NCBI GenBank assembly: GCA_030704615.1
Contig: CM060731.1
Coordinates: forward strand, 55,862,001-55,926,000
Source of the DNA: Takakia lepidozioides
Taxonomy: Eukaryota; Plantae; Bryophyta
Length of the DNA: 64,000 nt
Direction of reading: 5' to 3'
This document shows positions 24,911 through 38,515 of this stretch, in pieces. The stretch's first letter is position 1. Each line of letters opens with the position of its first letter. Under the pieces are notes generated by a model. That model searched no databases, was not told where the DNA came from, and worked only from the letters and a program-made list of their open reading frames with translations. Made by a program: the position numbers and the translations under genes.

Positions 24911-25635
24911 CGGGGGACCGGTACTGCTGTTGGAGCGCAACTGATGGTGCGAGTTCTCTATTGATTGGAACTGTCACAACCAATGTCAACAATCACATTT
25001 ACGGTAAGGTGTTTTGTCGCGCACCTCACTTCGGTAAGCTCCCCTTCAAGTCATAGTTATTTGCTTTGATGCGCGCGCCTAACTCCCAACCTGGCCGCCG
25101 GGCCAACTCGGAGCTTCGGCTGCTCACTGGGACATAACGGTCATTTTTTTTTCCCCCAACAGACCCTTCACCAATTTGGGCCTAGTGGAAATTCCCTTTG
25201 GTAGATGGCAGTCCGGAATAGCTCTCCACTCCTTGGTCGCTTTCCGGCTTGTTCGCTTACTCACTAGTTTTTGGTCACCAACGGGCTTGCACCGTTCTTG
25301 GGGTTACTACTCCCTATATATACTTCTGTGACTGTCCACGGGGATTCCACAAACAACACCATCCTTTTATGACAAACCACCACAAAGACCCTCGATTCCC
25401 AGTGATGAGTCGCGGTGAGTCTTGGCCCACCCACCACGGCCCCATTGGACCGTGATGAGTCCCAAGACTCCCCACGACTCCCACCACAAGGTCTCCGCCC
25501 CATGGTGAGTCCTATGCCACCCCCACTAAGTCCCGCTAAGCTACCACCACCCCTCGTGGAACCACCCCCACCGCAACCCGGTGTGCGGGGCTCCACCTAG
25601 TGAGTCGCTTCATGGTTAAAAATTAAAAACAAAAC

Positions 25636-26320
25636 GCCACACGGCGGGTCCGTGGATTTCTAAGAGAAAAAAAAACACGCGACCGCCGCATGGCGGTTGG
25701 TGCTTTTTAAAAATATATATGAAATAAGCGACTGCCTACTGGCGGTCGCTTAATTCAAGATTCAAAATATAAATAAGCGACCGCCGCTAAATGGCGGTCG
25801 CTTCATTTTAAGAAAATATATTAAGTAAGCGACCGCCAAACGGCGATCGCATAATTTAAGAATCAAAATCAAATCGAGTGACCGCCTCCAAATGGCGGTC
25901 GATGTATTCTTTATTAACAAAAATAACGACGGCCGCCAAATGGCGGTCGCTGCATTTTTCAAAAATTAACTAAAGAAGCGACCGCCAAACGGCGGTCGCT
26001 TTATTTAAGAATAAAAATAAAAATAAGCGACCGCTGCTAAATGGTGGTCGCTAAATTATATATATATATATATAGCGACCGCCACATGGCGGTCGCTGTA
26101 TTTTTACAGAATATATCAAATATATAATAATAATAATATAATAAAATGCAAGCGACCGCCAATCTGGACGGTCACTTCATTTAAAACATAATAAACTTCA
26201 ACCGGCCGCCAATGTAGGCGGTCGCTTATTTTAAAATGTAATAAAATACAAACAACCGCCAATATGGGCGGTGGGCGGTCGCTTACCGCCAATATAGGCG
26301 GACATTTTTTAATATACCGC
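25636..26320. repeat. Array of about 13 GC-rich mini-palindromes GCGACCGCC-N3-7-GGCGGTCGC with AT-rich spacers, ~50-bp period
   Basis: Directly visible; typical of DNA-transposon subterminal arrays. Confidence 0.9.
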
Positions 26321-27240
26321 CAATATATTTTTTTAATATAAAAATCAATAAAAATTAATAATTGGCCACGTCTGTTTTACACCGTGGCTGCCATGTTATT
26401 GCAAAGGGTAGAAGTAAATCGTAAAAGTCAAATGTAAAAAAAATTACATGGGTAAACGTCCGGATTCAACGTGACTTGACGCACGTCGGACGTACGGCCG
26501 ACGTGTCAGCGCCACGTCACGTCAGGAATGATAACTAAGATGTTACGCTATCCTTTTCACTCTGAAACAGAATCCATTTGTCATGCAGGGTTGGAGTAGC
26601 CCTGCTTGAGTTACCATCACACACTCTCTTATGATGTGGGCGACAACCTGAGATTACCATGATTAATTATTTTCAAGATCTTCTTGAACACTTAATCAGC
26701 TGACATGATTGTTGTTAGCTGTGTCAAGTCGTAATCTCGAGCCTAGAATGGAACCTCAAGGCTGGCTTGGTAGAGCAGGGACTACTCTCCCCTTTGGGTG
26801 CTTATTACCTATATTCTTACCTCTGGGCTTGCAATTTTGTGCAACAAGCCTGAAGAAGGCTTATGTAAGGCTGACAGCTAATTATGATGCGTTGGATATG
26901 GCAAACAAGATATGTATAATCTAGAATGGTTCTTCTTGTTTGGAACTGGGTTGGTTTGAGAGGTGTTTTGTAAGTTTTGCAGTTTGCAAAGTGCTTTTCA
27001 GTTTCATCCATAAACGTGTGTTAAAATGTATGGCTTTAGTGAACGGTTATATTTTGATAGCTTTGATAGTTATGTGCTAATGACTGCTAATGAAGGCACC
27101 TTCTTCAATTTCACCGTGTTTTCCCTCTTATCAGAATCACCCCTAATTATTCATGTCTGAATTCTGCAAGTTAGCTGGTTGAGTGAAGCTTTGATAGTTT
27201 GGAGTGACTTTGTCATGATACTGCCAATGTGACAACGGGA

Positions 27241-27595
27241 AAGTATCCAGAAACAGATAACAGAGACGAGGAGAAGCTGTGGGATGAATACTTTTCTGAC
27301 CCCAGTCAATGGTGGGACAATCGAGGCAAGAAGGTGAATGCTTGTTGGATTATAGAGAGTAGCAGATGCAATTGAGCATGGGAACTAGTGTGATAAGTTG
27401 ACTTTGGTGTTTGCTAGAACAAATCTAGGTTGTCATCGTCAGCTGCCAACAACAAGACAATGATGTATGCATGATTTGTGTAGAGGCATTGATAGTTGAA
27501 GGAGCAGGGATAGAGTGTGGGTGCAGATTCACCCAAGAGGGTCGAATTTCAAGCTCCAAATTGACTATATAGCTACAAGAAACCTGCAATTTGGT
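27241..27595 (+). pseudogene. OSB/PTAC9-family PDF-motif fragment, copy 1
   Basis: EEKLWDEYFSDPSQWWDNRGKK | GT intron 27334-27526 AG | IHPRGSNFK...KKPA. Confidence 0.8.
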
Positions 27596-28390
27596 TAAGA
27601 ATGTATAACCTTTTCTGTTGCATCCACACAGGATGTGGCTAGACGATGCAGCTTCTCCAATGTCATCATGGGCTTCAGAGTGTGGGAGTAGTGCTTCCCC
27701 ACCTCCACCAAAAAGTCGGCACCAAGGGCGGGATCAGCTATGGCCACGTACTTTACCATCCGCGACTTGTACTTGATGCGGGCCTTCGCCTCCGCAGCTT
27801 TGAGATACGATTCCAGTGCCGGGAGGGTTAGTTTTTTCTCCTCTGACTCCATGTAGAACCTCCGTGCATGTGCCAAATCCTGCTAAATTTTCGTCTGTCA
27901 AGAATGCGCACATAAGATTAGAAATCCTGGTCAACACTTTTTCTTCTATTGGTGGAGGAGAGACAGATAAGCTCAACAAAATAGTTAGGAGCTTTACCCG
28001 AAATATGTAGTCCACCATGGCGTCCATGCTCAGCCTATACCAGGTTCTGTCTGCCTTTGCCTCCGACTTGCGCAGGAGGTCGGCACTGAGCAAATTGGCA
28101 AACTCTTGCACCCCCTGCTTCCCGACATCCTTCACTCGGAAGAGCATGTGGGACAAGTTGGTGGCAATGAAGGCATTCTCAGTCACCCTGCAATGCCACA
28201 TTTCCATTAAACAATACTGAAATGAGAGTTTGCAACAAATATGACGATTGGCAATGAAATGAGTGTTTCAAATTCAAAGTTCCAGAGCAAGAGACATTGT
28301 AACTTACGAGTTGATGTTTGCCATTGCAGCTTTGAGAAGACTGCGATCTTTGGGCCCCGCAACCTTCAACACAACACACTCCACGATGGT
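27595..28390 (-). pseudogene. Downstream exons of a ParB-like-domain protein
   Basis: VECVVLKVAGPKDRSLLKAAMANINS | gtaag...tgcag | VTENAFIATNLSHMLFR...WYRLSMDAMVDYI. Family recognised from memory only. Confidence 0.5.
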
Positions 28391-28507
28391 CAAGTGGCAG
28401 CAGTAATGAGCCTCACCGCGCGCGCAAACGCGGGGAGAACAAGATGAACGTCAATCCGGGGCCTGGAGTCCGGCGACGAGATGGGTTGGGCTCGAGAACC
28501 GCCCACC

Positions 28508-29560
28508 TGTGAGATGTGTTGCTAAGCTTGGCGGAGGATCAGCGGTCGATGGAGGGAACCCCTCCCGCTATCCTAAACTACCAGCAAACGTAGGTTTCAA
28601 CTCCTACGCTAACGGGGCAAAATTCGTTTGTTGTCTCCTATGGGATCTACTCCTAGCTAATTACCTTCCAAGACTTCTTTATTACGGTTAACATGGCTTC
28701 ACCCCAGAGCTTATCGGTGTCCTAGGAAGATTTCCTTCACCTGGAATGACTGCCACCGGAAGCGTTAAAGGCAAGCCGCTTAGGTCTGGGTTGCTTCACC
28801 ACCCCCGGATCGCACGTGTGTGCAAAGGGGTCGCCTACGCTCCCGCTATCCGAAGGGGAGAGCACACCCTAGCCTAGCCAAACGCTCTCTACCTGGACAA
28901 TATCCCACTTTCGCTATTTGCTAGAGCACTTGGCTATTTTCTAGCAATAGATGTTAACAAGAAAAATGGGAAAAAATACTATCCTAGGGAGGCTCTGATA
29001 GTTAGGAAAGAGAGATAAAAATCCTAGATTCATTTACCTCTATTCCTATTTTTTGGTAATTTTCTAAGCAGAAAATCCACTTCAAAATTAATTACTGAGG
29101 CTGGAAATTCACTAATTCTAGAAAAATAGGCATAAGGTAGGAATTCATCTAAGCTTTCCAATGACCCATGGCTTGGCCTCTAGATAATTCTCTAACCCCC
29201 TTTTCATTGCCCAACAACCATTATCAAAATGTGGAGATGAACTTCCCTTAACCCTAGGTACTCAGCCTTGGTGCAGGTGTATCCCTGAGTCTTAAAGAAA
29301 CTTGTTTCTTGGAACAAATCCCCTATCTGCAATCTTGCCCTGCGCTCATCCACATTCACATGGCCCGATGGCAATTCAAACAGTTGTTGTAAGTACCGAG
29401 GTGGAGATCATGGCCCAATGAGTCCAAACAACCCCCTAAGCCCTTAATCCATAGCCCCTAGCCTCTAGGTCCTAGGTTCAAACCCCTCCTAGGGCTAAAA
29501 TGACTCATCAAACAGCGGATGAAAAAGTGCATTTATCATCCTACTTGCATCCATCCTACA
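28508..29560 (-). mobile_element. LTR-like remnant with a diverged ORF3 fragment (29256-29411) of a family A relative
   Basis: YLQQLFELPSGHVNVDERRARLQIGDLFQETSFFKTQGYTCTKAEY aligns to 8941-9096. The minus strand ends in ...CTCACA at 28508. Confidence 0.55.
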
Positions 29561-30395
29561 TCCATGAGGTTTACTATTTCATGAGCAGAAACCATGAGCC
29601 ATGAGCCATGAGCCGCATGAGCCGCATGAGCGGTGAGCCGAAGTCTAAGACACGCGGATTTCATGAGCGGACTCCTCCAAATTTGGAAATGCGGCAGATT
29701 AAACAAGTATTAAAATAATAGTTTTATATTTGACCTTGCCGTTTTTGGAAGTTACAGATCTTGTAATGCGGCGAAGATATGTCGTCAGTAACAACTCCGC
29801 TCATGGTTTTTTAGATCCGCTCATGGAAATGAGTGACCGTGTAACGAGAAATCCAGTATACCACGGCAAAAGGACGTCGCATACTGGCCTGTATAGAGTA
29901 TTCCGCGGTTTTACATGCCTTAACATTGGAATGAAGCTGACCCTTTTGCCGCGACTGAACCAATAGAGTCTGCACAATTCTGTCATCTTCCAGTATTCGG
30001 CGGGAAAGTTTTGCAAGTGAACTAGGAAATGCGGTGTCGCATTAGGGTTCGCACGTGCGAAATTTCTGGGCGGTTTGGTGTTGGTGAATGCCGCATCTAC
30101 CAGTACCTACGACGTTACTTGGAAATGCGGCGCCGCATTTCCTTGCCGGGGGTCGAATGAGGAAAGCAAAGTTTGGGAGAGCAGAAAAACAGGAACCCTC
30201 CAACACACAAAAATACATGCATGTGGAAACACGAGTGAATGACATAGTATTATCGACGTTCGAGCAAAACAGGTTACTGGTAGGCAAGACATAAGTCGGA
30301 CCTTTCTGTGGCCAGAGTCAGAGCTACTTGCAGCAGTACAGTTCTACTATCCGAAAAGGATGGGCGTACCATTGTGTTGGGACCGCAAGCCAAGG

Positions 30396-33300
30396 TCACT
30401 GGTCCCCTGGATCCATATTCAGAAGAGTGTGCACCTCTTGGGGGCTCAACCCTGGTGCATGTATGAAGTGATGAGTTGTGGAATTACACCGGAGTCTCTT
30501 TAGGTACACGTAGTACAGATGCTTGCAAGGGCAGTATGATGCCCCTTGTTCCCATGATCTGAAAGTCGGTGCAATTGCAGGTGGGTAATTCTGAAATGGT
30601 GATGGTGTACACCTCATTGCAAACAGTTGAGCCTGCCGTGGCCATCTGATACACACGCCCGAAGCCTGGTGGGGGCACTTCTGTCGAGCTCTGGATTGTA
30701 CAGTTCATCCGAAGTGCATTCCCCATCCTTGTCTCGTTCACTTTTGAGGGAGGTCGCCGCCTCTTCGGTTTCCCCAACGGTGTGTAGGATGCTTAGAGCT
30801 GTCGGGTCCCATTGTTCTTGCTCTCACAGGGGTCGGTGGTGGAGGTTGTGGAAGCGGAAATGGTTGTCTGGGGACGTCAGTGCGCTGCACCATCCAAAAT
30901 CCTGCGGCGGTAAGGGCGTCGGCCTCAACCTGACTCAGATCGCAGCCTGGTTCCACCGGCCACACCGGGGGAGCCTCTGGCATTGTTTGTATGCCGTACT
31001 TGGGCTTTCCATACACGTAAGTCATAATGTCGTGCCTGCAGAACCAGAACTGGGTGGTTGTCGCCTCCGCAAACTTTGCATGGACAAATCTTCCTGTAAA
31101 AGTAGGAGCAGGAACAGCACCATCTGGATTCCTCCTTATCATCTCTAAACAACGTTGTCGTGTATCCACTCGAATTGCGGAACACCTGCCTCGAAACGAC
31201 GGCTTTGTGCGAGCAATTCTCTACTGTGACGCAGACACAGTCGTCTCCACAATGGCTTGGCCATACTGCATAATAGGGGGCAGAATCTGGGGCAAGCGAG
31301 CGATGAGAATTTCTTGCACGGAATCCCCGCTTGAAGGCGATGGCGATCTGGAATTTCTTGGGCTTCCACTGCTGGAAGACACATTGTGCGGCAACATGAC
31401 GGGCCCTCGAGGTGCTGTCCGAATGTTCCTGTCCGATCTCCAGGAATCCTCTTCGCACCCGGGTTCCTCTTCAATCCTCCGCCTCACAGGGCGAGTACGG
31501 ACGTCCCCCTCTAGGTGCTCACCTCTGCGGTGCAGAGGCGTCCCTTTGATCTTTTCTCGTAATGCTGTCGCCCATTTCAGTGGATTCTTCGACCTCGAAG
31601 CTGTTCGCACCAACAATTCCTCCCTGTCCGGCCCAAAGCCCCATTGTTTCCCGCTCAGGAACTTGTAGTACGTGGCTTGCTGCATGATTGCTCTGTCGAT
31701 GTCCTCCGTTGTGGCCGTCACTACGTCCACCAGATGTGCGGCAGAAGACGCTCGCCAGGAGGAGTGCACTGATTCTGCCATATTCGTGTTCGGCATGTCC
31801 GTGTCGGAATCCAAGCACCGCTCCTACAAGGACACAGACAATGGTGAGGAACCAATGGAAAGGTCCGTAATAGAAAGACAATTGCACGAAAATGACAGCA
31901 TCATACCTCCCGCATGTACTGTCCGAACTGTCGATACCGGAAATGCCACCACCCCAACCAGCTGTGCAAGGCTCCCAGATCGGTTGTCTCCACTGCACCT
32001 GACGTGTTCCACCAAGCCTCGATGATAGCAAACTTAACCTCCGCGTCATCAAATGTGGGTGCATCCTTCCACGCCGTACAAAGGACACGGTGTTCAGCCT
32101 GGAATGAGCTAGCAACAAATTTGGTAGTGTAGTGGGATAGACTCTGCATCCAATGGAATCCACAAGATCTCTCTTTCCCCTCCATTGGAACATTGGGGTC
32201 CTCACCATACACATGCCGCACCGCTGCCCAGTTGGCCTGAGCGTTGTCTGCCATGAATCCCCTGAAATTGGGCTCTGGCAATCCCGCCCTTGCCATCTGC
32301 TCATTTATGCCCTCCCACAAATGCATCTCCGACTGTGTGTCCTCCCCTTTCATCTCGCAGATTGCAATCGTCATGAGCCTCTTGGAGTGATAGTCATAAA
32401 CATGCGCACCCATAGTCACCCGCTGATGGTTTGTAATTCGATTGATGTGATCAAACATCACCCAAGCATTCGACAAGTTTCCAGTTGTCATGTGAGTGAC
32501 CAAGTCGACTCCACTCCCAGGCCCACACGTCGACATTTTAAAAATGTAACAACGATCGGATTCGCTGCCTTGCCCTGGAAACCTGCTACCTTGGATGTAG
32601 TCATATCAAGTCATTCGTTTCACCTCCAAGATTGAGTGCATGTCCGACCCCCGGCCGAACTCCTGCTTGCAAGATACGATGTGATTCCGCACATTCGGAC
32701 TACAAACGTACGAGACGGACTCCAACAGGTCAAGAATCTCCTCTTCGTTCAAGGGCACTTGGTCTGAACCATCTTCAGACATGATTTTGCCAAGAGCAAT
32801 CTCGTGGGCTGCCTTCAGCTGAATCTGCTTTGGTCTGGCTCCGGGGCTCAATTTCACCTCCTCTTTTATGATGTCGTGTGCTTCCTGCACAGCCTCATGC
32901 ATGTTGCCTCTCGCCATGGGGTGGCAGTGCACCCCAACGTGTATGCAAGCTCTAGTCAAGTCCGGGAGCAAATGGATAACGTAATATTGCTTGGCTCTGC
33001 ACATGGACATGCACGTCGGTGGTTCTTTGCAATGTGCGCACTTGAAAGTACCCGCAGGAGCTTGGCTGGAGACAATGAATGGATGATGCGTTGTGCCAGT
33101 CCAATCCATCTTGTTTCTCCGCCCTCCTTTGGAAAGAAAGTGGAAGCAGGTGGGATTGAGGCACCTCAGCTTCCCCGCACAGAGGACGTATCGTACACGA
33201 ACACCATCAGCAATTTTCGTGCTACTAGTCTTCGTCACACACCAGGGGTGTCCGTCATGCTTTCGATCCATGTTTGTTAACATCCCTGAGGCTTTGTTTG

Positions 33301-34000
33301 ACGAAGTAACAGGTGGAAACTCGAAGATAACATTGCCATCGACTTCGGGAGGCAGATACGTTACCTTCTTGACCGGAAATTTGGCATAATCGAGAGCAGC
33401 CAGCTCGGAGCGAGAACCATCGAGGTGATGTTGCCGTGGGAGCTACACAATGGACCGGGTTGGAGTTATGCTCGAGGGTACATGCGTAGCACCTGCAGAG
33501 ACGTCCATCTCGGATTTGAACGATCGTGTGGAGGACATGGGGACCTCAATGCACTCATCTTCATCGTCAGAAATGTCGAATACGTCCACACGAGAAGCTA
33601 TGGAGGGTCTTGACGGTCCAGGTCGGGAATGATTATCGTTGCATACCTCTCTGTTGGCAGTGGCCGCCTATTGGTTTCCGGACTCCTTTGTGGATGGTGT
33701 GGGCAGCGACTGATTCGGAAAGGGAATGGGCATTCCCACAGCTCGGTACAGGATGGTGTCTGATGGGGGTACGTGCCATTCGATTCCGCAACCTCCGTCG
33801 TTACCTAGCACGACAATGGTCTCGTCAACCTGTCCAGGAACATCCTTCCTTTCTTCTTTCAAATAAACTGTGCCCGGTTTGAGCTTGAATTTGGAACAAA
33901 GGTAAGTTTCAGTCACTCTGCAAAGTCCTCCCTCGTTTGGGATCCAGGCTCTCCCAAGTTGCGGAGGACAGCAAACTATAGCGTAGGAATTCGGAGCCAT
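30396..34000 (-). pseudogene. ~1,150-1,200-aa GCM-like/MULE-DDE/SWIM transposase, copy A
   Basis: DGHPWCVTKTS..CAGKLRCLNPTC; WVMFDH (D), FMADNA (D), CGFHW (CxxH), TNMAES (E); SWIM CNCTDF..CKH. Intron 31824-31906. Several stops and frameshifts. Confidence 0.85.
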
Positions 34001-34379
34001 CGAACACCGCACGAAGTTGGCAAGTGCGAGGTTCAGTATAGCGACAGACGAAGGCTCACAGGCACCATGCGGAGTCCATCGACGATTGGAAGTCGCACAT
34101 TGAAGTGGAAAGTATAGTTTCAAGCTACATGCATGAAGGTGGGAGGTGTGATTCCATAGCCAATAAGTTAGACAATGATGGCCGAATCGGCGACGAAATA
34201 ACATCTCCTGACAGTTCCTCCTCAGGGTGGATCCAGCAGTATTCTCGGTGCAGACAGGAGCGTTTGCACTTACAAGTGCCAGGACTGTTAGTTAAAACGG
34301 TCAGACAACCAAGTTGTGCTCATAAAGACTGGCCGCAATTCTGTTGTTTCGGAACAATGCAACCCATTCAGGTTCAGCA

Positions 34380-36190
34380 TGCGGAAATGAGGTTTCAGAT
34401 TTCCGTCCGGAGTGATTCTTTCGATTGCTGCTGGACGGAAATACGGCGTCGCATTTCCGTATTGCATCTTAGTCATGCACCAGAGCGATGGAAATGCGGC
34501 ACCGAGTTTCCGTCCGGGGGAAACCTTTGCACTCTCCAGAACAGAAATGCGGTAACACATTTCCATCCAGCAAGCACGGTATGTCAAGGTGGAACGGAAA
34601 TGCGGTACATCATTTCCGTTCTGATTGAGAATCATGAACAACGGGAACAGAAATGCGGCACCGCATTTCCGTCCGAGTCGCACTTTCCGACATTCCAGAA
34701 CGGAAATGCGGCGCTGCATTTCCGTTTTGTATCTCATGCATAGAGCCGAGTGCAATTCCGACCGCTTGAGACAGCGCAATTCCTCCCGCTTGAGACATTC
34801 ATACTATGCAGAACGGAAATGCGGTACCGCATTTCCGTTCTGACTGAAAATCGTGAACCATCGGAACTGAAATGCGGCAGGGCATTTCCATCCGAGTCGC
34901 ACCTCCCTCACAAGCCAAAACGGAAATGCGGCACCGCATTTCCATCCAGCAAGCACGATATGTGAAGGTGGAACGGAAATGCAGTACCGCATTTCCGTTC
35001 TGATTGAGAATTATGAACAACGGGAACAGAAATGCGGCACCGCATTTCCGTCCAAGTCGCACTTTCCGACATTCCCGAACGGAAATGCGGCACCGCATTT
35101 CCGTTTTGTATCTGATGCATGGAGCCGAGTGCAATTCCGACCGCTTGAGACATTCATACTATCCAGAACGGAAATGCGGTACCGCATTTCCGTTCTGACT
35201 GAAAATCGTGAACCATCGGAACTAAAATGCGGCGGCGCATTTCCATCCGAGTCGCACCTCCCTCACAAGCTAGAACGGAAATGCGGCACCGCATTTCCGC
35301 CCGGGTGAGACCTTCATACTCTCCAGAACGGAAATGCGGCACCGCATTTCTGTCTTATGAAAAATCGTGAAACATCGGAACTGAAATGCGGTACAACATT
35401 TCCGTCGGAGTCGCACCTTCCGACATTCCAAAACGGAAATGCGGCGCTGCATTTCCGTTTTGTATGTGAGGCATAGAGCTTTGGAACAAAAGTGCGGCAC
35501 CGCATTTCCGCCAGGGTCAGACCTTAATACTCTACAGAACGGAAATGCGATACCGCATTTCCGTTCTGACTGAAAATCGTCAACAGCGGGAACAGAAATG
35601 CGTCGCAACTTCCGACATTCTAGAACGGAAATGCGGCGCCGCATTTCCGTTTTGTATATGAGGCCTGGAGCTGTGGGACGGAAATGCGGTGCCGTATTTC
35701 CATCCATGTGAGACCTTCAAACTTTCCAGACCGGAAATGCGGCACCGCATTTCCGTTCAGGTGAGACCTCTATACTTTCCCGAACGGAACTGTGGCACGA
35801 CATTTCCGTTCATCAACTAAGGTATGTGAAGGGGGAATGGAAATGCGGTACCGCATTTCCGTTCAGATTGAAAATCATGAACCACGGGAACTGAAATGCT
35901 GTGCCGCATTTCCGTCCGGATCGCACGTTTCGACATTCCTGAACGGAAATGCGGTGCCGCATTTCCCTTTCGTATCTCATACATGGAGTTGTGGGGCAGA
36001 AATGCGACACCGTTTTTCCGTTCAACAACTAAGGTGTGTGAAGGTGGAACGGAAATGCGGTGCCGAATTTTCTTCCAACAAGCATGGATGTGTAGCTTCG
36101 TGATGGTACTTAACGGAAATGCGGCGCCGCATTCGCATTTTCACTCCAACTACAATTTGAACACGTGGAGCAACGGAATTGCGGCACATG
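34380..36190. repeat. Array of GGAAATGCGG(C/T)(A/G)CCGCATTTCC palindromes at 53-bp period, with a ~379-bp higher-order repeat
   Basis: Motif starts at 34596, 34649, 34702 and at 35277, 35330, 35382, 35435, 35488, 35541, 35594. Confidence 0.95.
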
Positions 36191-36252
36191 TCTGCACTCT
36201 ATCTGACTGAAGTGGCATGAGGCGGTGCGGCCTGACCGTTGGTTAATGATGT

Positions 36253-37088
36253 TTGTTTTCGGACGGCAGGCGTATCCTGAACGATTCTAATTTCGTAATG
36301 ACGCAAAGTCCACGAGGAGACACTTTCCTCCAACCCTTTCGAACAACAGATACTAGTGGGTACACGAGACAAGGTGTGCGGTTTAGGCCACCTTCACCTC
36401 CTGTGTCTTCTACGGAAGGTTCTGATTCGGATTGTGAATCAAGAGGACTCATACCGGCGGTGCAAGTTGTTTCCTTGCCATTGTTGTGGGACACAATGGA
36501 GGAGATGTATGGAGCTACCAAGGGGCCACGAAGGTACTCTGGGGCGGTGGGCACCATCGAGTTGGACGATTTTATCCAAGAGTTTGATAGTTGGTGTGAT
36601 TTGCAGCAAATGCGCAATCCACAACTATTTACGCCGCATGGAAGGGGCTGTTTCAGCACCTTGAGGGGTCGCCTATGGATGATTACCATGAGTTCAGGCG
36701 GGGGCATGAGGTTGAGATCGAGGAGTGGAGGATGTACTGGTCACCCGACTATGTCTCCATCACTAGGGGCACTAGAGCCACGAGGGCAGTGGCTACACCT
36801 GCCGCTGCACCGGCAGCTTCAGCAAGCAGCAGTGGACTAGTAGGACTGGTGGTACCGTAGCTACGACGTCCACCCAAGCTACTACCGCACCAGCACTAGT
36901 ACCCGTGCCTGCCTTCAACCCTGTTGTGGAGTTCTTCGAAGAGTTGAGATGGAACTACGAAGGGGTGAGGACAGAGAAGTTGCGGAGCTTGCAAGAGTTC
37001 CAATGGAAGCCGACCGAGAGCTTGAGGGAGGCTTTCACTCGCATGAGGCGCTTGATAAATGTAACCCAAGGGGTTACAGAAGCTCAGG
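36253..37088 (+). pseudogene. Gag fragment of a third LTR-retrotransposon family
   Basis: PRRYSGAVGTIELDDFIQEFDSWC...LFQHLEG...KLRSLQEFQWKPTESLREAFTRMRRL (Q..ES..AF.R gag motif), frameshifted. Confidence 0.8.
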
Positions 37089-38340
37089 CCGACATATGGC
37101 CGAAGTCGGGATCACCCTTCAGGGTTGCCTCAAATTCGTCGTTGCGAGTGTGCCAGTGGGTATCCCATGTTGACAATTCCTCCGTAGTGGGTCCACGAGA
37201 TTTGCCGTCCTCATTCTCAAGGGAAACGTAGAAGGCTGGCAAACCTAGACGGTACCCTTCTCGAAATGCGAACTTGAGCTTATCCACATCTCCGGGAAGT
37301 GCCTGCCTGACGATGGGAAGGGAGACCATGCGACAGAGTGGGGTTCGAAGAGTCCGCTAGAATACCCTGCTGCCCAGAACTCTGCCAATGCTACTATGTG
37401 TCTCCTCCAACATTGTATCCGCTGCACTTTGGAATTCCTCCGGAGACATTTCTGCTGGTGGCGGTAGGGGCTGAGCAGCTTGAGCATCCCCAACTGGAGC
37501 TGCACTCTGGGGAATCTTTGCGGACAATTGTGCAATTGCAGAGGCCTCCTCCGGGCCTTCAGTGGTCAGGTCTTCCTCAACTGTGGTCAGGTCTTGCTGA
37601 GAACGTTGAGAGGCAGCACCCTCCTCCGGTACTAGATCGACGGTCGATCCCATTGCCTTCGCTGCAGCAGGCTGGAAATCAAGCAGGAACTGGGCTTCAG
37701 CTCGTGGAATCGGTTTTGCGGGAGACTGCTCCGCCCTCCCCCTGATTGCCTTGTGCTTCCTCATTCTTGCAAGTGAAGGTGTCTGCTGCAATTGAATTTG
37801 CTTCATTCGCCTGGGTGGGGGGGAAACGGCCTGGTCCGGTTCAGAAACAAGTTAAAGGACGGGCTGCTTCTTCTTCGTCTTTGCTGGAGAAGGGCTAGAC
37901 CCCTGCTGGCGATTCTCCATGACCTTTGAAGGCGAGTCGCTCTCTGGGGCTTTGAACTGCAAAGACTTGCCCTTGGAAGCCGCGTCCTTGAAACGCACAG
38001 GGCTAGGACCGGCAGGAAGACCCATGCTCGTGGATCGGCTGGGTGTGCGTGCTGCAGCTAGCTCCACGGACTCTGCCTGCGGTTCTTCGGATTCCTGCGA
38101 TCCCTCCAGCACGTCCACCTTTCCGGTTAGGCATGCAAACATCTTCTGCAGTCAAGTCTCCTACCATACAGTCTAAGAATTGCAGAAGAAAAATGAGGCG
38201 GGTTTCGGTGCTCGATCAGCTGGCGAATCCCGATAGCACGGAGCTCTCACTGGTGGCTGGGTTGCCTGCGTGGCCTGATGCTGCGAGATGGCAATCTCCT
38301 CCTGTAGACGCATCTGCTTCCACCCCTTCGGCATTGGCCT
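37087..38340 (-). pseudogene. N-terminal part of a ParB-like-domain protein (low-complexity leader plus start of the globular domain)
   Basis: PLCRMVSLPIVRQALPGDVDKLKFAFREGYRLGLPAFYVS...WDTHWHTRNDEFEATLKGDPDF. It is cut just before the expected GNHR motif. Confidence 0.5.
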
Positions 38341-38515
38341 ACGTCCGAAGTACAATTCTCGGAGCTTGCGACGATGTCTCTTCTCTGGTGCACGCACTCC
38401 CTCCCTCTCAGGTTCGAGCATAACAAGAACAGAGACAGAGAAAAGGGGCGAAGAGTGCAAATGGAAAGGGCGCGAGAGGGGTGACTAAGGAGACACGACA
38501 AAAGAAGATGAAACG

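Larger units (their letters stand above)
29566..36200 (-). mobile_element. MULE-like DNA transposon copy A (left TIR, transposase, palindrome array; right end lost)
   Basis: GAGGTTTACTATTTCATGAGC terminus plus CATGAGC subterminal repeats. The palindrome motif occurs on both sides of the gene. Confidence 0.7.

Noticed and set aside
29430-29500. Telomere-like CCCTA repeats
   Set aside because: Too short and degenerate to call.
34380-36190. CRISPR array (palindromic ~28-bp repeats with constant-length spacers)
   Set aside because: Eukaryotic context, no cas genes, degenerate repeats, and spacers recur in a ~379-bp higher-order unit.
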